Below, one piece after another: positions 1 through 10,245 of a stretch of DNA of 64,000 bases. The position numbers and the translations under genes were made by a program. The stretch spans positions 230,948-294,947 of the forward strand of contig CAVUVW010000019.1 in the NCBI GenBank assembly GCA_963745035.1, read 5' to 3'. The notes beneath the pieces are model-generated. The model was not told the DNA's origin. It made no database searches and saw only the letters and a list, made by a program, of their open reading frames with translations. This DNA is from an uncultured delta proteobacterium (GTDB lineage Bacteria > Desulfobacterota > Binatia > UBA9968). How positions within the stretch are numbered: the stretch's first letter is position 1; each line of letters starts with the position of its first letter.

Positions 1-927
1 CGCCCGTTGATCAACGGCGAGATTCAACCCCAGGGCATCGAGTTGAATGTTTTAACCATGGCTTCGCCCGAGCGCCACGGGCGCATGCTGCGCCACGAAG
101 AATTCGACATCTGCGAGCTCTCGCTGATCGGCTATTTGGTATCGCGCGACAAAGGCTGCAACTACAACGCCATCCCGGTTTTCCCGCACCGGCGTTTTCG
201 CCACCAGTACATGGTCAAGCGAACGGGTTGCGGCATCGAAAAGCCGTCCGATCTCAACGGCAAGCGGGTCGCTCTGGATACTTTGCAGAACTCCGCGGGT
301 TTGTGGATGCGCGGCATTCTGCAGGACCACTACGGCGTGGATCTGAAGACCATCGAATGGTGGTGCCAGGAAGAAGAGGACATTCGCGTTCGAGCCCGCC
401 GCGTGGATGAACGTCAAGCGCGTGCCGCATGGCAAGAATGTCGACCAGATGCTGCTCGACGGCGAGCTTGAGGCCGCACTCTATCCGGAGACATTGCCGT
501 CGATCCGCAGCGGCAACCCGAAAGTCGCTCTGCTTTTCCCCGACCCGAAGAAGGCCGAGATCGAGTACTACAAAAACGGCGGCTTTTTTCCGATCATGCA
601 CACCGTGGTAGTGAAGAATCCGATCTTGGCGGAGCATCCCTGGGTCGGGAATCAGCTTGGTGCGAGCATTTCAGCAAGCGAAAGAGATCTGCTACGCGCG
701 CAACAGCGACCCGCGCAGCTTCGCCTTGGTCTGGGTTCAGGATCTCATGCGCGAGCAGAAGGAAATCTTCGGCCCGGATCCATGGCCCTACAATTTGGAA
801 GACAATCGCAAGGCTTTGGAAGCGGTTATCCGGTACGAGTTCGAGCAAGGGATGATCAAGAAAAAGCCGGCTGGTGGAGGAGTTATTTTTCCCGCCGAGC
901 TTGCAGCGGATCCAGCATTACGTCTGA
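1..927 (+). CDS. 4,5-dihydroxyphthalate decarboxylase-like / periplasmic-binding-fold protein, 5'-truncated by window edge, frameshifted
   Basis: Pieces 7..471, 407..~655 and 657..~880 join into one protein (FDICELSL..Y, AIPVFPHRRFRH, FPIMHTVVVK, GPDPWPYNLEDNRKALE); apparent stop TGA 925-927. Confidence 0.7.
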
Positions 928-940
928 TCTTTCATTTCTA

Positions 941-1026
941 TGCCATTCCGGCGAAGGCCGGAATCCGGTGTTTTCTTAGGTGCTCTGAAGAGAAGAACCT
1001 GGATGGCGGCCTACGCCGGCATGACG
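941..1026. repeat. REP-like palindromic element
   Basis: gccattccggcgaaggccggaatcc ... ggatggcggcctacgccggcatgac; two internal hairpins in inverted arrangement between convergent genes. Confidence 0.6.
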
Positions 1027-1033
1027 AACATGC

Positions 1034-2233
1034 TTACTGCGATGTCCTCGATGATGGGGCAGCCACGACAGGAGGCGGGAAACTGAACTCTTCCTCGATC
1101 GAGTTGTCGATCCCATAGCGCAGCAGTTCTTTCACGTCGAATTTCGTTTCATCTTCCTCGACCTCATCGAAGCGCGCCTTGGTAGCCGGGTGTTTCGGCA
1201 CGAAGAGCTGGCAGCAGTCCTGATCGGGAATCGACGATATCTCGAACGTGCCGATGCGGCGGGCTTGATCGATGATTTCCTGCTTGTCCATGCCGACCAG
1301 CGGACGCAGAATCGGCAGGCGCGCCGCCTGTTGGATCACCGCCATGTTGTCGAGCGTCTGTGATGCTACTTGACCCAGGCTTTCGCCGGTGACGAGAGCT
1401 TTGGCTTTCTCTTTGCGCGCGATCGCTTCGGCGATGCGCAGCATCATTCTGCGATAGAGCACGACGCGCAGCGGCCGGGCGACGGCGGCGACGATCTGGC
1501 GCTGGATCTCGCCGAAAGGCACGAGATAGAGCCGCGAGGCGAATTGATGCCGGGTCAGCACGCTCAGCAATTGGCGGACTTTTTCCTGGGAAGTCTTGTC
1601 TTGAAACGGCGCGCTGTGAAAATGGACAAAGATCAGCCGGCAGCCGCGCTGCATCATGCGGTACGCCGCAACGGGTGAATCGATCCCTCCTGAGATAAGG
1701 GCCACGAGCCGTCCGCTGGCGCCGACCGGCAATCCGCCGGCGCCGGGAATTTTGTTGAAGCCGAAAAATGCGTCGCGCGGCAGGATTTCCACAGTTACTG
1801 TGAATGCGGCGTTTTCCAGATCGACTCGAGCCCCGGATTTCGCCTTGACCGCGGCGCCGAGCTGCCGATTGATTTCCGGTGAAGTCATGGGAAAGGTTTT
1901 GTCGCCGCTTTGAGTTTCGATGCGAAAGGATTCGAAACGCGCGCCGTTCAATGAATCCAAGATCCGGCTCTGCAGCGCGTCGATGTCGCGCTCGGTGCGC
2001 TCGACGATGGAGAAGTTCGCGACGCCGAATACCGTGCCCATGCGCTCGATGAGGGTCGCAAGCGGAACGTCATTTTTGAAAGTGAGCAGCAGGCGCGCCG
2101 GCAGGCTGCGAATGTCTTTCGCTCCGAGATCTTTGACCGCGGCGAGCAAATTTCGCTTGAGCAGCTCGGTGAAATAGGCGCGGTTGCCTTTCTTGAGGGC
2201 GATCTCATGATAGCGAATGAGCACCGAATCCAT
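1034..2233 (-). CDS. thiI: tRNA 4-thiouridine(8) synthase ThiI (THUMP + PP-loop, no C-terminal rhodanese)
   Basis: IRYHEIALKKGNR N-terminus, GAGGLPVG, SGGIDSPVA PP-loop, TGESLGQVASQT, QDCC motif; 399 aa. Confidence 0.95.
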   Translation of the reverse strand: MDSVLIRYHEIALKKGNRAYFTELLKRNLLAAVKDLGAKDIRSLPARLLLTFKNDVPLATLIERMGTVFGVANFSIVERTERDIDALQSRILDSLNGARFESFRIETQSGDKTFPMTSPEINRQLGAAVKAKSGARVDLENAAFTVTVEILPRDAFFGFNKIPGAGGLPVGASGRLVALISGGIDSPVAAYRMMQRGCRLIFVHFHSAPFQDKTSQEKVRQLLSVLTRHQFASRLYLVPFGEIQRQIVAAVARPLRVVLYRRMMLRIAEAIARKEKAKALVTGESLGQVASQTLDNMAVIQQAARLPILRPLVGMDKQEIIDQARRIGTFEISSIPDQDCCQLFVPKHPATKARFDEVEEDETKFDVKELLRYGIDNSIEEEFSFPPPVVAAPSSRTSQ

Positions 2234-2320
2234 GCGTCACTGATAACAGATCCACTGTGCTTTTGCATGTAACTACCCCTATGGTACTATCCCCTCAAGA
2301 CTGCCCGCGGGGAGCTATCC

Positions 2321-2647
2321 ATGAGCAACTTCAAAAAGATTTCGGACGCCATGCAATTTTCCTCTGAAAAGATGAAAAAAAATGGCGTCTTCGAAACCGA
2401 CAGATTCTTCTGCGACACCTATTGTTTCGAGCCGGGACAGGAGCAAAGCCCGCACACCCACGGCGGGGAGGACAAGGTCTATTACGTTCTCGAAGGCAAA
2501 GGGCTGTTCACGGTCGGAGACGAGCAGCGCGAGCTTGGACCGGGAGAGATCGTGCTCGCGCCCGCCGGCCAAAACCACGGCGTCGCCAACCGCAGCCAGC
2601 AAAAGCTCGTGACTCTGGTATTTGTCACGCCCAAGCCGCACCATTAG
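2321..2647 (+). CDS. Cupin-2 domain protein
   Basis: EPGQEQSPHTHGGEDKVYYVLEGKG ... PAGQNHGVAN cupin motifs; GGGGAG RBS. Confidence 0.85.
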   Translation: MSNFKKISDAMQFSSEKMKKNGVFETDRFFCDTYCFEPGQEQSPHTHGGEDKVYYVLEGKGLFTVGDEQRELGPGEIVLAPAGQNHGVANRSQQKLVTLVFVTPKPHH

Positions 2648-2651
2648 CGCC

Positions 2652-3078
2652 ATGACTTCGGAAGAAAAAGACGTCGCGCAAGCCAACGAAAGCTTCTATC
2701 GCGCTTTCGAAAGTCTCGACATCAAGCGCATGGAGTCGGTATGGGCCAACGACCGCGAGATCCAGTGCGGTCATCCGGGTTGGAGCATTCTGCGCGGGTG
2801 GCAGCCGGTGATGGAGAGCTGGCGGCAGATTTTTGACAACACGCCGAAAATTCATTTCATGCTGACCGACTTGACCATCGAAGTGCGCGGCGACCATCGC
2901 CTGGGTGACGCTTTACGAAAATCTCAACAGCTCACTGGAAGGACAAAATCTCGCCGCGACCATTCTTACGACGAACATTTTCCGCAGAGGCGCCGACGGC
3001 TGGCGCATGATTCATCACCACGGCTCATCCGTCGCCCAAGCCGCGCCGCCGCAAGACGAGACGCCGACCGTACATTGA
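2652..3078 (+). CDS. SnoaL-like / NTF2-fold protein (frameshifted ~2895)
   Basis: ANESFYRAFESLDIKRMESVW..CGHPGW..LRGW..VMESW; second frame AWVTLYENL..TNIFRR..GWRMIHHHGS. Confidence 0.8.
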
Positions 3079-3103
3079 TCTCGCGTTTTTCTTGGTCTCA
3101 CCC

Positions 3104-3825
3104 ATGAAAAGCCTGGAAGGCAAGGTTGCGCTGGTCACCGGCGCTGGGCGAGGCATCGGAAAAGCCATCGCGCTGTTGCTTGCTAAAAGCGGCTGCCGCG
3201 TGATCCTGGCTGCCCGCACCACGGCTCAACTCGAAGAAGTAAGAAAAGAAATCGAGCACGGCGGAGGCGCTGCGCAAGTAGTCGAAGCAGACCTCGCGCG
3301 CGATGAAGATATCGAGAGTCTTACCGCGGAAGGCCGGCGCGCCTACGGTAGCGTCGATATTCTGATCAATAACGCAGGCTGGGGCCGGCGCGCGCCGGTT
3401 GAACGATTGAAGGTGGAGGATTTGGATCAGACACTGCGGGTGAATTTGCGCGCGCCCATGCTGCTGGCGAAGTATCTCGTGCCCGGCATGATCGAAAAAG
3501 GCGAGGGGGCGGTCATCAATATCGGTTCCGTATCCGGCAAGAGCGGCGAAGCCAACGGGGCAGCTTACTCAGCGTCGAAGTTCGGTTTGATCGGATTCAC
3601 ACAGTCGCTCTACGAAGAGGTGCGCGAGCACGACATCAAAGTCGCCGTGATCTTGCCGGGCTTCGTCGACACACCGATGATTCCGCCGGTCAAGCACTTG
3701 GATCGCAGCAAGATGATTCAAGCCGACGATGTTGCTCAAGCGGTTCTACTACGTCCTGACTTCGCCGGCCACGTGCTTGTCCGGTGGAAATCACGATCCG
3801 ACCGCAGAGAACGCCGTATCGGTAG
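3104..3825 (+). CDS. Short-chain dehydrogenase/reductase (frameshift near 3' end)
   Basis: TGAGRGIG, INNAG, YSASK catalytic motif; C-terminus EITIRPQRTPYR* in a shifted frame. Confidence 0.9.
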
Positions 3826-3834
3826 ACATGAGGA

Positions 3835-3922
3835 CTCACCGCAGAGGCGCAGAGGTCGCGGAGTCGGAGTATTCTTTCCAAAAAAATCTTTATCTCGGCG
3901 TGCTTGGCGGCTCTGCGGTGAG
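3835..3922. repeat. Inverted repeat built from degenerate CGCAGAG units
   Basis: ctcaccgcagag ... ctctgcggtgag perfect 12-bp arms with degenerate internal copies, between convergent genes. Confidence 0.65.
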
Positions 3923-3983
3923 AGTATCCTGTTCGGCTGTCGGTTGGGCTCTACTGCGCTGGTTGTGGAGATAGCGTGATTCG

Positions 3984-4664
3984 TCAGGTGCACATCTTCT
4001 GCAGCAGCGGGAGCGTGACTTCCTCCAGACTTTCGACGACGACGTCGGCTTCGCCAAGCAGGTCCGCCGGATGAGAATTCGTCACGGCCAAGCACTTCAT
4101 GCCGGCGCGGCGCGCGCCGCGGACGCCTTCCTTCGAATCTTCGATCACGACGCAGTCGGCAGACTCGATGGGTGAGTTCTTTTGCGGAGCATTGAGCGCG
4201 GCGAGAGCCTTCAAGAAAATCTCCGGCTCGGGCTTACCGCGCGTTACGTCTTCGGCACTCACGATGGCGTCGAAATGATCGAGCAATCCGGCTGTCTGTA
4301 GAATCGTCTCGATTTCCTGTCGCAATGCGCCGGAAGCGACAGCCAGCGGTAGGATTCCATCAAGCGAAGCGACCAGGTTTTTCACGCCGGGAAAAATCGC
4401 CACCTGCTCGCGGATTGCGTCCTGGTAGTAGGCCGCCTTGCGCTCGATCAGTCGATGAAGCTTGGTATCATCCAACGGCCGTCCGTTCTCGCGAAAGCCG
4501 GCTGTGAAGGCGCCGCGATCGTCGAATCCCAGGTAGCGGGCGTAGTAAGCTTCTTCGGTAAGAACGATTCCTTCTTCGCCGAGAACTTTTTGAAAAAGTC
4601 GAAAGTGGATCGGCTCGTCGTCGACGATGATGCCGTTGAAGTCAAAAATGACCGCTCTTAGCAT
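3984..4664 (-). CDS. HAD-family phosphatase (beta-phosphoglucomutase/CbbY-like)
   Basis: IFDFNGIIVD motif I, GKPEPEIF, VIEDSKEG. Confidence 0.88.
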   Translation of the reverse strand: MLRAVIFDFNGIIVDDEPIHFRLFQKVLGEEGIVLTEEAYYARYLGFDDRGAFTAGFRENGRPLDDTKLHRLIERKAAYYQDAIREQVAIFPGVKNLVASLDGILPLAVASGALRQEIETILQTAGLLDHFDAIVSAEDVTRGKPEPEIFLKALAALNAPQKNSPIESADCVVIEDSKEGVRGARRAGMKCLAVTNSHPADLLGEADVVVESLEEVTLPLLQKMCT

Positions 4665-4723
4665 GATTGACGATCGCAGAATTCCTCTTTTGTTTCAACT
4701 GAATATCGGCTAGAAGGGAAAGT

Positions 4724-5275
4724 ATGGCATCAGACCACGATCAACATCATGCCGCGCATCATCACGGCCATATCGAGTACCGCTTCTGTCCGCGGTGCGG
4801 CGGCAACTTGGATCGCCGCATCGTCAAGGCGAACGAGCCCAAGCGGCTGGTTTGCCAGGCCTGCTCCTTCATCTTCTATCAAGATCCAAAGGTCGTTGCC
4901 GGAACCGTTTTTACGCTCGACGGCGGCATTCCGCTCTTGAAGCGTGGCGTCGAGCCCGCCCTTGGCAAATGGGTATTTCCGGGCGGCTATGTCGATCGAG
5001 GAGAGAGCGTGCGCGATGCCGCTGTTCGTGAGACGAAGGAAGAATGTCAACTGGACGTTAAATTGTGTTCTCTGCTGAACGTCTACTCTTATCCGCGTTC
5101 ACCCAACGTCATCGTCGTCTATGCCGCGGAAGTAATCGGCGGCGAGCTTGCAGCCGCGGATGAATGCGCGGAAGCGCGCATCTTCCTGCCGGGGGAAATA
5201 CCCTGGGATGATCTTGCCTTCGACAGCACCCGGGATGCGCTCAAGGACTACATCGGCTCTTATCTAAAATCCTAG
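4724..5275 (+). CDS. Nudix hydrolase with N-terminal zinc ribbon
   Basis: FCPRCG..CQAC; GGYVDRGESVRDAAVRETKEEC Nudix box. Confidence 0.9.
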   Translation: MASDHDQHHAAHHHGHIEYRFCPRCGGNLDRRIVKANEPKRLVCQACSFIFYQDPKVVAGTVFTLDGGIPLLKRGVEPALGKWVFPGGYVDRGESVRDAAVRETKEECQLDVKLCSLLNVYSYPRSPNVIVVYAAEVIGGELAAADECAEARIFLPGEIPWDDLAFDSTRDALKDYIGSYLKS

Positions 5276-5283
5276 TGGACTCC

Positions 5284-5315
5284 GGAGTGATGGAGTAACG
5301 GAGTATTGGAGTGAT
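5284..5315. repeat. Octamer tandem repeat (GGAGTnnn)x4
   Basis: ggagtgat ggagtaac ggagtatt ggagtgat. Confidence 0.8.
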
Positions 5316-5322
5316 GGGCTTA

Positions 5323-5360
5323 AATAAAAAACGCCCATCGCCTCGGCGAAGACGATGGGC
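5323..5360 (-). terminator. Probable intrinsic terminator of the Rieske gene
   Basis: gcccatcg...cgatgggc stem with an A-run on + (U-run on -). Confidence 0.5.
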
Positions 5361-5382
5361 AAGGTCGTATCAACTGTAGGTG

Positions 5383-5692
5383 CTAGGAGAGATCTACTAG
5401 CACGTCATCTTCTTCGATTTTCACGTCGTACTTCTGAGTCGGCAGGCTGGGCAACAATTCGTTCTCGCCAGTGGTTACATTGTAGCGCCACCCATGCCAC
5501 GGGCAGATCACGGTCGTGCCGTCCAGCTCGCCTTCACCCAGAGGGCCGCCACGATGGCCGCAGACATCGTTGATTGCGTAGAATTTGCCGTCGACGTTGA
5601 AGACGCCGACGGCTTTGCCGTCGATTTCGATGCTCTTGCCGCAGCCGGTCTTTGACTTCTCCCGTTTTGCAGACTTTGACGAAATTCGCCAT
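5383..5692 (-). CDS. Rieske [2Fe-2S] ferredoxin (frameshift ~5650; absent from ORF track)
   Basis: Manual translation MANFVKVCKTGEVK/GCGKSIEIDGKAVGVFNVDGKFYAINDVCGHRGGPLGEGELDGTTVICPWHGWRYNV..; CxH and CPWH ligands. Confidence 0.9.
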
Positions 5693-5754
5693 TCTAATTT
5701 CCTTTCATAATCGCGGTGTAAAGTTCCGGGTAATATACGAATTGAAGTCGGGAT

Positions 5755-6844
5755 TCAAGAGGAACGCACAAACGGCAACGCGGCCACCGTCGCGCGCAAT
5801 TTCGACGGCTCGCTGCGAATCGCGACTTCGGTTCCCGGCATCCAAAAGTCCTTGTGCAGATATCCGAGCGCGATGGGGCAGTCAAGTCGCGGCGAAAATA
5901 CTGAACTGGTGACGCTGCCGACGGATTTTCCCTCGGCCTCGATGACGCTGCCGGCGCGGACAGCCGCGTCGCCGGCGATCAACAGACCGAAGAGTTTCTT
6001 GTTTACGTGGCCGCGCGAACGGATGCGCTCGACCACTTCCTGGCCGAGATAGCATCCTTTGGTGAAGCTTACGGCTTGTTCGAGGCCGACTTCGAGAAGC
6101 AGGTGGTCTTCGGTAAAATCGACGCCGTAACGCGGAATGCCGGCTTCGACGCGCAGAATATCTTGGGCGTCTGCACCGACCCAGCGCGCCGAAAATGGTT
6201 TTGCAGCATCGGCCAAACTCTGTGCGATCTTTTTCACGTCGGCTTTCGGAATGATCAGATCAAATCCCGGCTCGCCGGTATGGCTGGAAGCGACCACGCA
6301 GATCGCGGCGCCGTCGAGGGAGGCCATGACATGGCCCAGGGCATGCTGCGGTAACGCCGTTTCGCCGAAGGCGGCGCGGAGCACCGCGCCGGACTGCGGG
6401 CCTTGAAGCGAGACGGTCGAATATTCATCGGAACGGTCAGCGATCTCGACTTCGTCGGCGATCAGGTAGCGATTAAGGTGAGCGAGAATCTTCTCTTTCA
6501 AGCTCTCCCAGAAATCCAGATAAAATGAATTCATCGCGCACAGCACGCGCACGTCGGCGATCAACTTTGCCTTGCTGCGTGAGCAGAGTCGCCTCCTGGC
6601 CATCGAAGGGCTTTAGGGTCCGGAGATCGTTGGACAGCATGCCTTGAAGAAACGACAAGCGATCGGGGCCGGTAAACTGCAGCAAGCCACGGTGCGAAAA
6701 ATCGATCAAACCCACAGCCGCGCGCACCGCCTCGTATTCGCGCGCCGGGTCGCCGAAGTGCTTTGGCAAGCGCCAGCCATCCTGTTCGACGAAGACGGCG
6801 CCGTTGGCGCGATGCGATTCAGACAATAAAGATTGTTTCGCCAC
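5755..6844 (-). CDS. YgfZ/GcvT-family folate-binding protein (frameshift ~6570)
   Basis: DFSHRGLLQFTGPDRLSFLQGMLSND; SFTKGCYLGQEVVERI YgfZ signature. Confidence 0.85.
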
Positions 6845-6975
6845 TTTCGAGAAATATAGCCGCTCAACGCCACGATGACAACGCGGGGGAGAGGAAGCGG
6901 ACATGGGCGATCTGTTTGATCGTTCGCTCGCCGCTGTGATAGAGAAATAACCGTACAAAATTTATGGAGGTGGCC

Positions 6976-7444
6976 ATGGCAAATTTGGAAGGGCAGAGGG
7001 CTCCAAACTTTACACTGGAAGGGAGCGACGGCAAAAAACACTCGCTCAGCGACTATGCCGGCAAGAACGTTATACTTTGGTTCTATCCGAAGGATGACAC
7101 TCCCGGCTGAACCAAGGAAGCGTGCGGGTTCCGCGACGCTATCGACTCGGTTACCAAAGCAAATACTATCGTCGTCGGCGTGAGCCGAGACAGCATCGAT
7201 TCCCACAATCAGTTTGTCGCCAAATTCAATCTGCCTTTCGTGCTTCTCTCCGATCCGCAAGTCGGCACGATGAAGGCTTATGGCGCTTGGGGCCCGCGCC
7301 AAAACGCTCAAGGCGAGACGGTCGAAGGGCCGATTCGCTCGACCGCTTTGATCGGACCCGATGGAACCGTCAAGAAACACTGGATTCCGGTGGCGCAACG
7401 CGGAAGCCCATCCGGCCGAAGTCTTGGAGTATTTGCAGAAGTAG
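6976..7444 (+). CDS. bcp: Selenocysteine-containing BCP/PrxQ peroxiredoxin (Sec45 = TGA 7108-7110; small 3' frameshift ~7395)
   Basis: GGAGG RBS, ATG 6976, [12 protein letters not shown]...[19 protein letters not shown]; TGA in frame at the peroxidatic Cys position; homology continues after the TGA. Confidence 0.88.
7119..7140 (+). promoter_or_regulatory. Candidate bacterial SECIS element
   Basis: AGCGU-GCGG-[GUU]-CCGC-G-ACGCU stem-loop; apical G follows a 17-nt spacer after the UGA; not formed in the Cys paralog. Confidence 0.72.
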
Positions 7445-7550
7445 ATTTTCCGCCGCGCGGGAGCGGCCGACGGTCTTTTAGGCCGCCGCTCTCCCGCGCG
7501 ATCGCTCTGTCCTTCCTGCCCGCGCCGGGACACCGGCAGCGATTTGTGCC

Positions 7551-8464
7551 ATGAGCAAAGTCAAAGCCGATCTCGATCTTCGCAAGCTCGAAATTTTTTA
7601 CTGGGTTGCCGAGCTCAAAAGCTTTTCTCAAGCTGCCGAGCTTCTCTCGCTGCGCCAGCCGACCGTGAGCGCGCACGTGCAGGAATTGGAAGATGCGTCG
7701 GGCGGCAAGCTGTTCTATCGCATGCACGGCCGGGTGAGTTTGACGCCACTGGGCGAATTACTCGCGGAGCACGCTAAAATCCTGCTGGCTTTCAAGCGGA
7801 AAACGCGCGCCGCAGTCGAGCAGTTCCACGGCACCTTGAGCGGCGAGCTATGGGTCGGCGGCAGCAGCATTCCCGGAGAGTATTTGCTTCCCGCCAAAGC
7901 TCGGCGCGTTCACAAAAAAATATCCCGCGCGTCAAGCCGATTCTGCGCATTCGCGATTCCGCCGGGATCATCGAAGACGTGCTCGACGGCAAAGTCGAGC
8001 TGGGTTTTGTCGGGTCCAAGATCGCCGACGCGCGGCTCGCGTTCAAAAAACTATGGAACGATGAGATGGTGCTCGCCGTGCCGAAGGCGCATCCTTGGAG
8101 CCGCCGCAAGTTCGTTCAAATCGCGGAGCTGCGCTCGCAAAAGTTTATTTCGCGAGAACCCGGCTCGGGCACCCTCGAATCCTTCAGCCACCTCCTGTCC
8201 AAAGGCCGGCGCTCGGTAGACAAGCTGTTGGACGTGTCGATGGAGTTGGGCAGCACGCAGGCGGTCATAGAAGCGCTGCGGGGCGGATTCGGAATATCGA
8301 TCTTGTCGCGGATTTCGATCCAGCATGAGCTTGCGGAAGGAAGTCTAGTCGAAGTGCGCGTTCGAGGTTTGACGATGCGGCGCGATTTTTACGAAGTTTC
8401 GCATCGCCGCCGGCCGCTGCACCCGATCGCGCAAGCCTTTCGCGAATTCCTGAAACCTTCCTGA
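7551..8464 (+). CDS. LysR-family regulator resembling selenium-metabolism-associated/CysL-like LTTRs (frameshift in A-run ~7914-7920)
   Basis: LDLRKLEIFYWVAELKSFSQAAELLSLRQPTVSAHV HTH; GGSSIPGEYLLP; SREPGSGT; ELGSTQAVIEALRGGFGISILS. Confidence 0.85.
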
Positions 8465-8512
8465 TCGTCGCACCCTCCACAAGCGTTCCAAACTTTTCGG
8501 GGAAACCCTCTT

Positions 8513-8551
8513 ACATAGGCATTGTCTATGTTGTATATAGATTTCTTCAAT
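8513..8551 (+). promoter_or_regulatory. Tandem LysR-type boxes (T-N11-A)
   Basis: ACATAG-N7-CTATGT (8513-8531, perfect arms) and ATAG-N7-CAAT (8537-8551), 22 bp apart, directly upstream of the EgtB-like gene. Confidence 0.65.
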
Positions 8552-8570
8552 CAAGCGTGGGGAGTTTTTT

Positions 8571-9930
8571 ATGGCGCTTCCATTACGACGCAAAATTCCC
8601 AGCAAGAGCGAAGACCACAGGGAAAAGCTCACGGCTGCGTGGGCGCGCACCGATGAGATTTTCGCAACTGTCCCAAATGCGGAATCGAATACCAGCCCGA
8701 TTGTTTGGCGGCATCCATTCATATTCTATATTGGACACTTGCCGGCATTTTCCTGGAATCAGATCGGTGCGGCGATTCTCAACTGGAAGTCATTCAATCC
8801 TTATTTCGACGATTTGTTTTGCCGCGGCATCGATCCCGACGTCGATACCGGTGAATGTCATTGGCATCCGGAGGTTCCGGAAGAATGGCCAACTTTGGCC
8901 GATACGCTGGAGTACAGAGATCAGGTACGTGCCGCGTTGCTGGAATCTTTCGAGGCGGTGGCCCGTTCAAGCTCATCGGATGTCATGGCGCAGCAGGGAC
9001 GGGTTTTTCAGATGGTTTTGGAGCATGAGTTCATGCACCAGGAAACGCTGCTGTACATGCTGCAGCAGTTGCCGCCGGAGAAAAAGCGCCACCCGGACGG
9101 CTTTTCCCGCTACTTTTTTCAGCGCGCTGCCGGCGGGGCACGAAGTTTTGATCCCCGCGGGCCGGGCGCGCCTGGGCGCAAAATTCGACGAGACGCTTTT
9201 CGGTTGGGACAACGAGTTCGAGGAGATACTCGTCGACGTGCCAGCGTTCACGATCGATTCGCTGCCCGTCACCAACGGTGAATTCTTCGAGTTCGTCGCA
9301 AGTGGCGGCTACGAAAACCAAATCTACTGGCAAGCGGAGGATTGGCGCTGGAAGAACCTGGAGATGAAATCTTGTCCGACGCTTTGGCTGAAACGTGATC
9401 GGGCTTGGTTTTATCGCGCGATGTTCGATACTCTGCCGCTCGCCGAGGTCGCAAGTTGGCCGGTTTACGTGAGTCTTGCGGAAGCGCGGGCCTATGCGAG
9501 CTGGGCCGGCAAGCGGCTGCCGACGGAAGCTGAATTCCATCGCGCGGCCTATTACGGACCGGACGCCCGCGAGACGGACTACCCGTGGGGCAATACACCG
9601 CCGACGGCCCAGCACGGCAATTTCGATTTCGTCTCGTGGTCACCGCTGCCGGTGGGGTCGCGACCCGCGGGCTCGAGCCGCTGGGGCGTTATGGAACTGG
9701 CCGGCAACGGCTGGGAGCTCACGGATACGCCGTTTGCGCCGTTTCCGCGCTTTACTCCGTATATGGCGAGCTATCCGGACTACTCGCGCGACTTCTTCGA
9801 CGGCAAACACTTTGTCTTGAAGGGCGCGTCCTGGGGCACCGCTGCGGACCTGCTGCGGCCGAGTTTTCGCAACTGGTATCAGGCCCACTATCCCTACGTG
9901 TTCGCGAAGTTTCGCTGCGCCCGCAATTAA
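8571..9930 (+). CDS. EgtB/Egt1/OvoA-superfamily non-heme iron sulfoxide synthase (DinB_2 + FGE-sulfatase domains; frameshift ~9115-9135)
   Basis: RHPFIFYIGH, RGIDPDVD..CHWH, EHEFMHQE iron ligands; FGWDNE, RLPTEAEF, GNGWE, YPDYSRDFFDG, FRNWYQ, KFRCA. Confidence 0.85.
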
Positions 9931-9942
9931 GGAGACCGCGCC

Positions 9943-10224
9943 ATGAAAGCGATCTGGGAAAATACCGTCTTGGCCGAATCCGATCACACCGTCGTTGTCG
10001 AGGGTAATCAGTACTTTCCGCCGGCGTCCATCAAACGGGAGTATTTCACCGCGAGCGATACCCATTCTACCTGTCATTGGAAAGGCGTCGCGAGCTACTA
10101 TGACGTCAAGGTGGGCGACAAGACCAACGCCGACGCCGCCTGGTATTATCCGGAGCCGAAGGAAGCCGCCAAATCGATTAAAGATCATATCGCCTTCTGG
10201 CGCGGCGTGACCGTGACCGAATAA
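9943..10224 (+). CDS. DUF427 family protein
   Basis: MKAIWENTVLAESD.TVVVEGNQYFP..TCHWKGVASYY..AAWYYPEPK..IAFWRGV; AAGGAG RBS. Confidence 0.9.
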   Translation: MKAIWENTVLAESDHTVVVEGNQYFPPASIKREYFTASDTHSTCHWKGVASYYDVKVGDKTNADAAWYYPEPKEAAKSIKDHIAFWRGVTVTE

Positions 10225-10245
10225 CTCGCAGCGTCGACGTACCCC

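Noticed and set aside
8571-9930. Firm call as selenoneine synthase senA or ovothiol synthase ovoA
   Set aside because: No senB/senC neighbours and no C-terminal methyltransferase domain; left as EgtB superfamily
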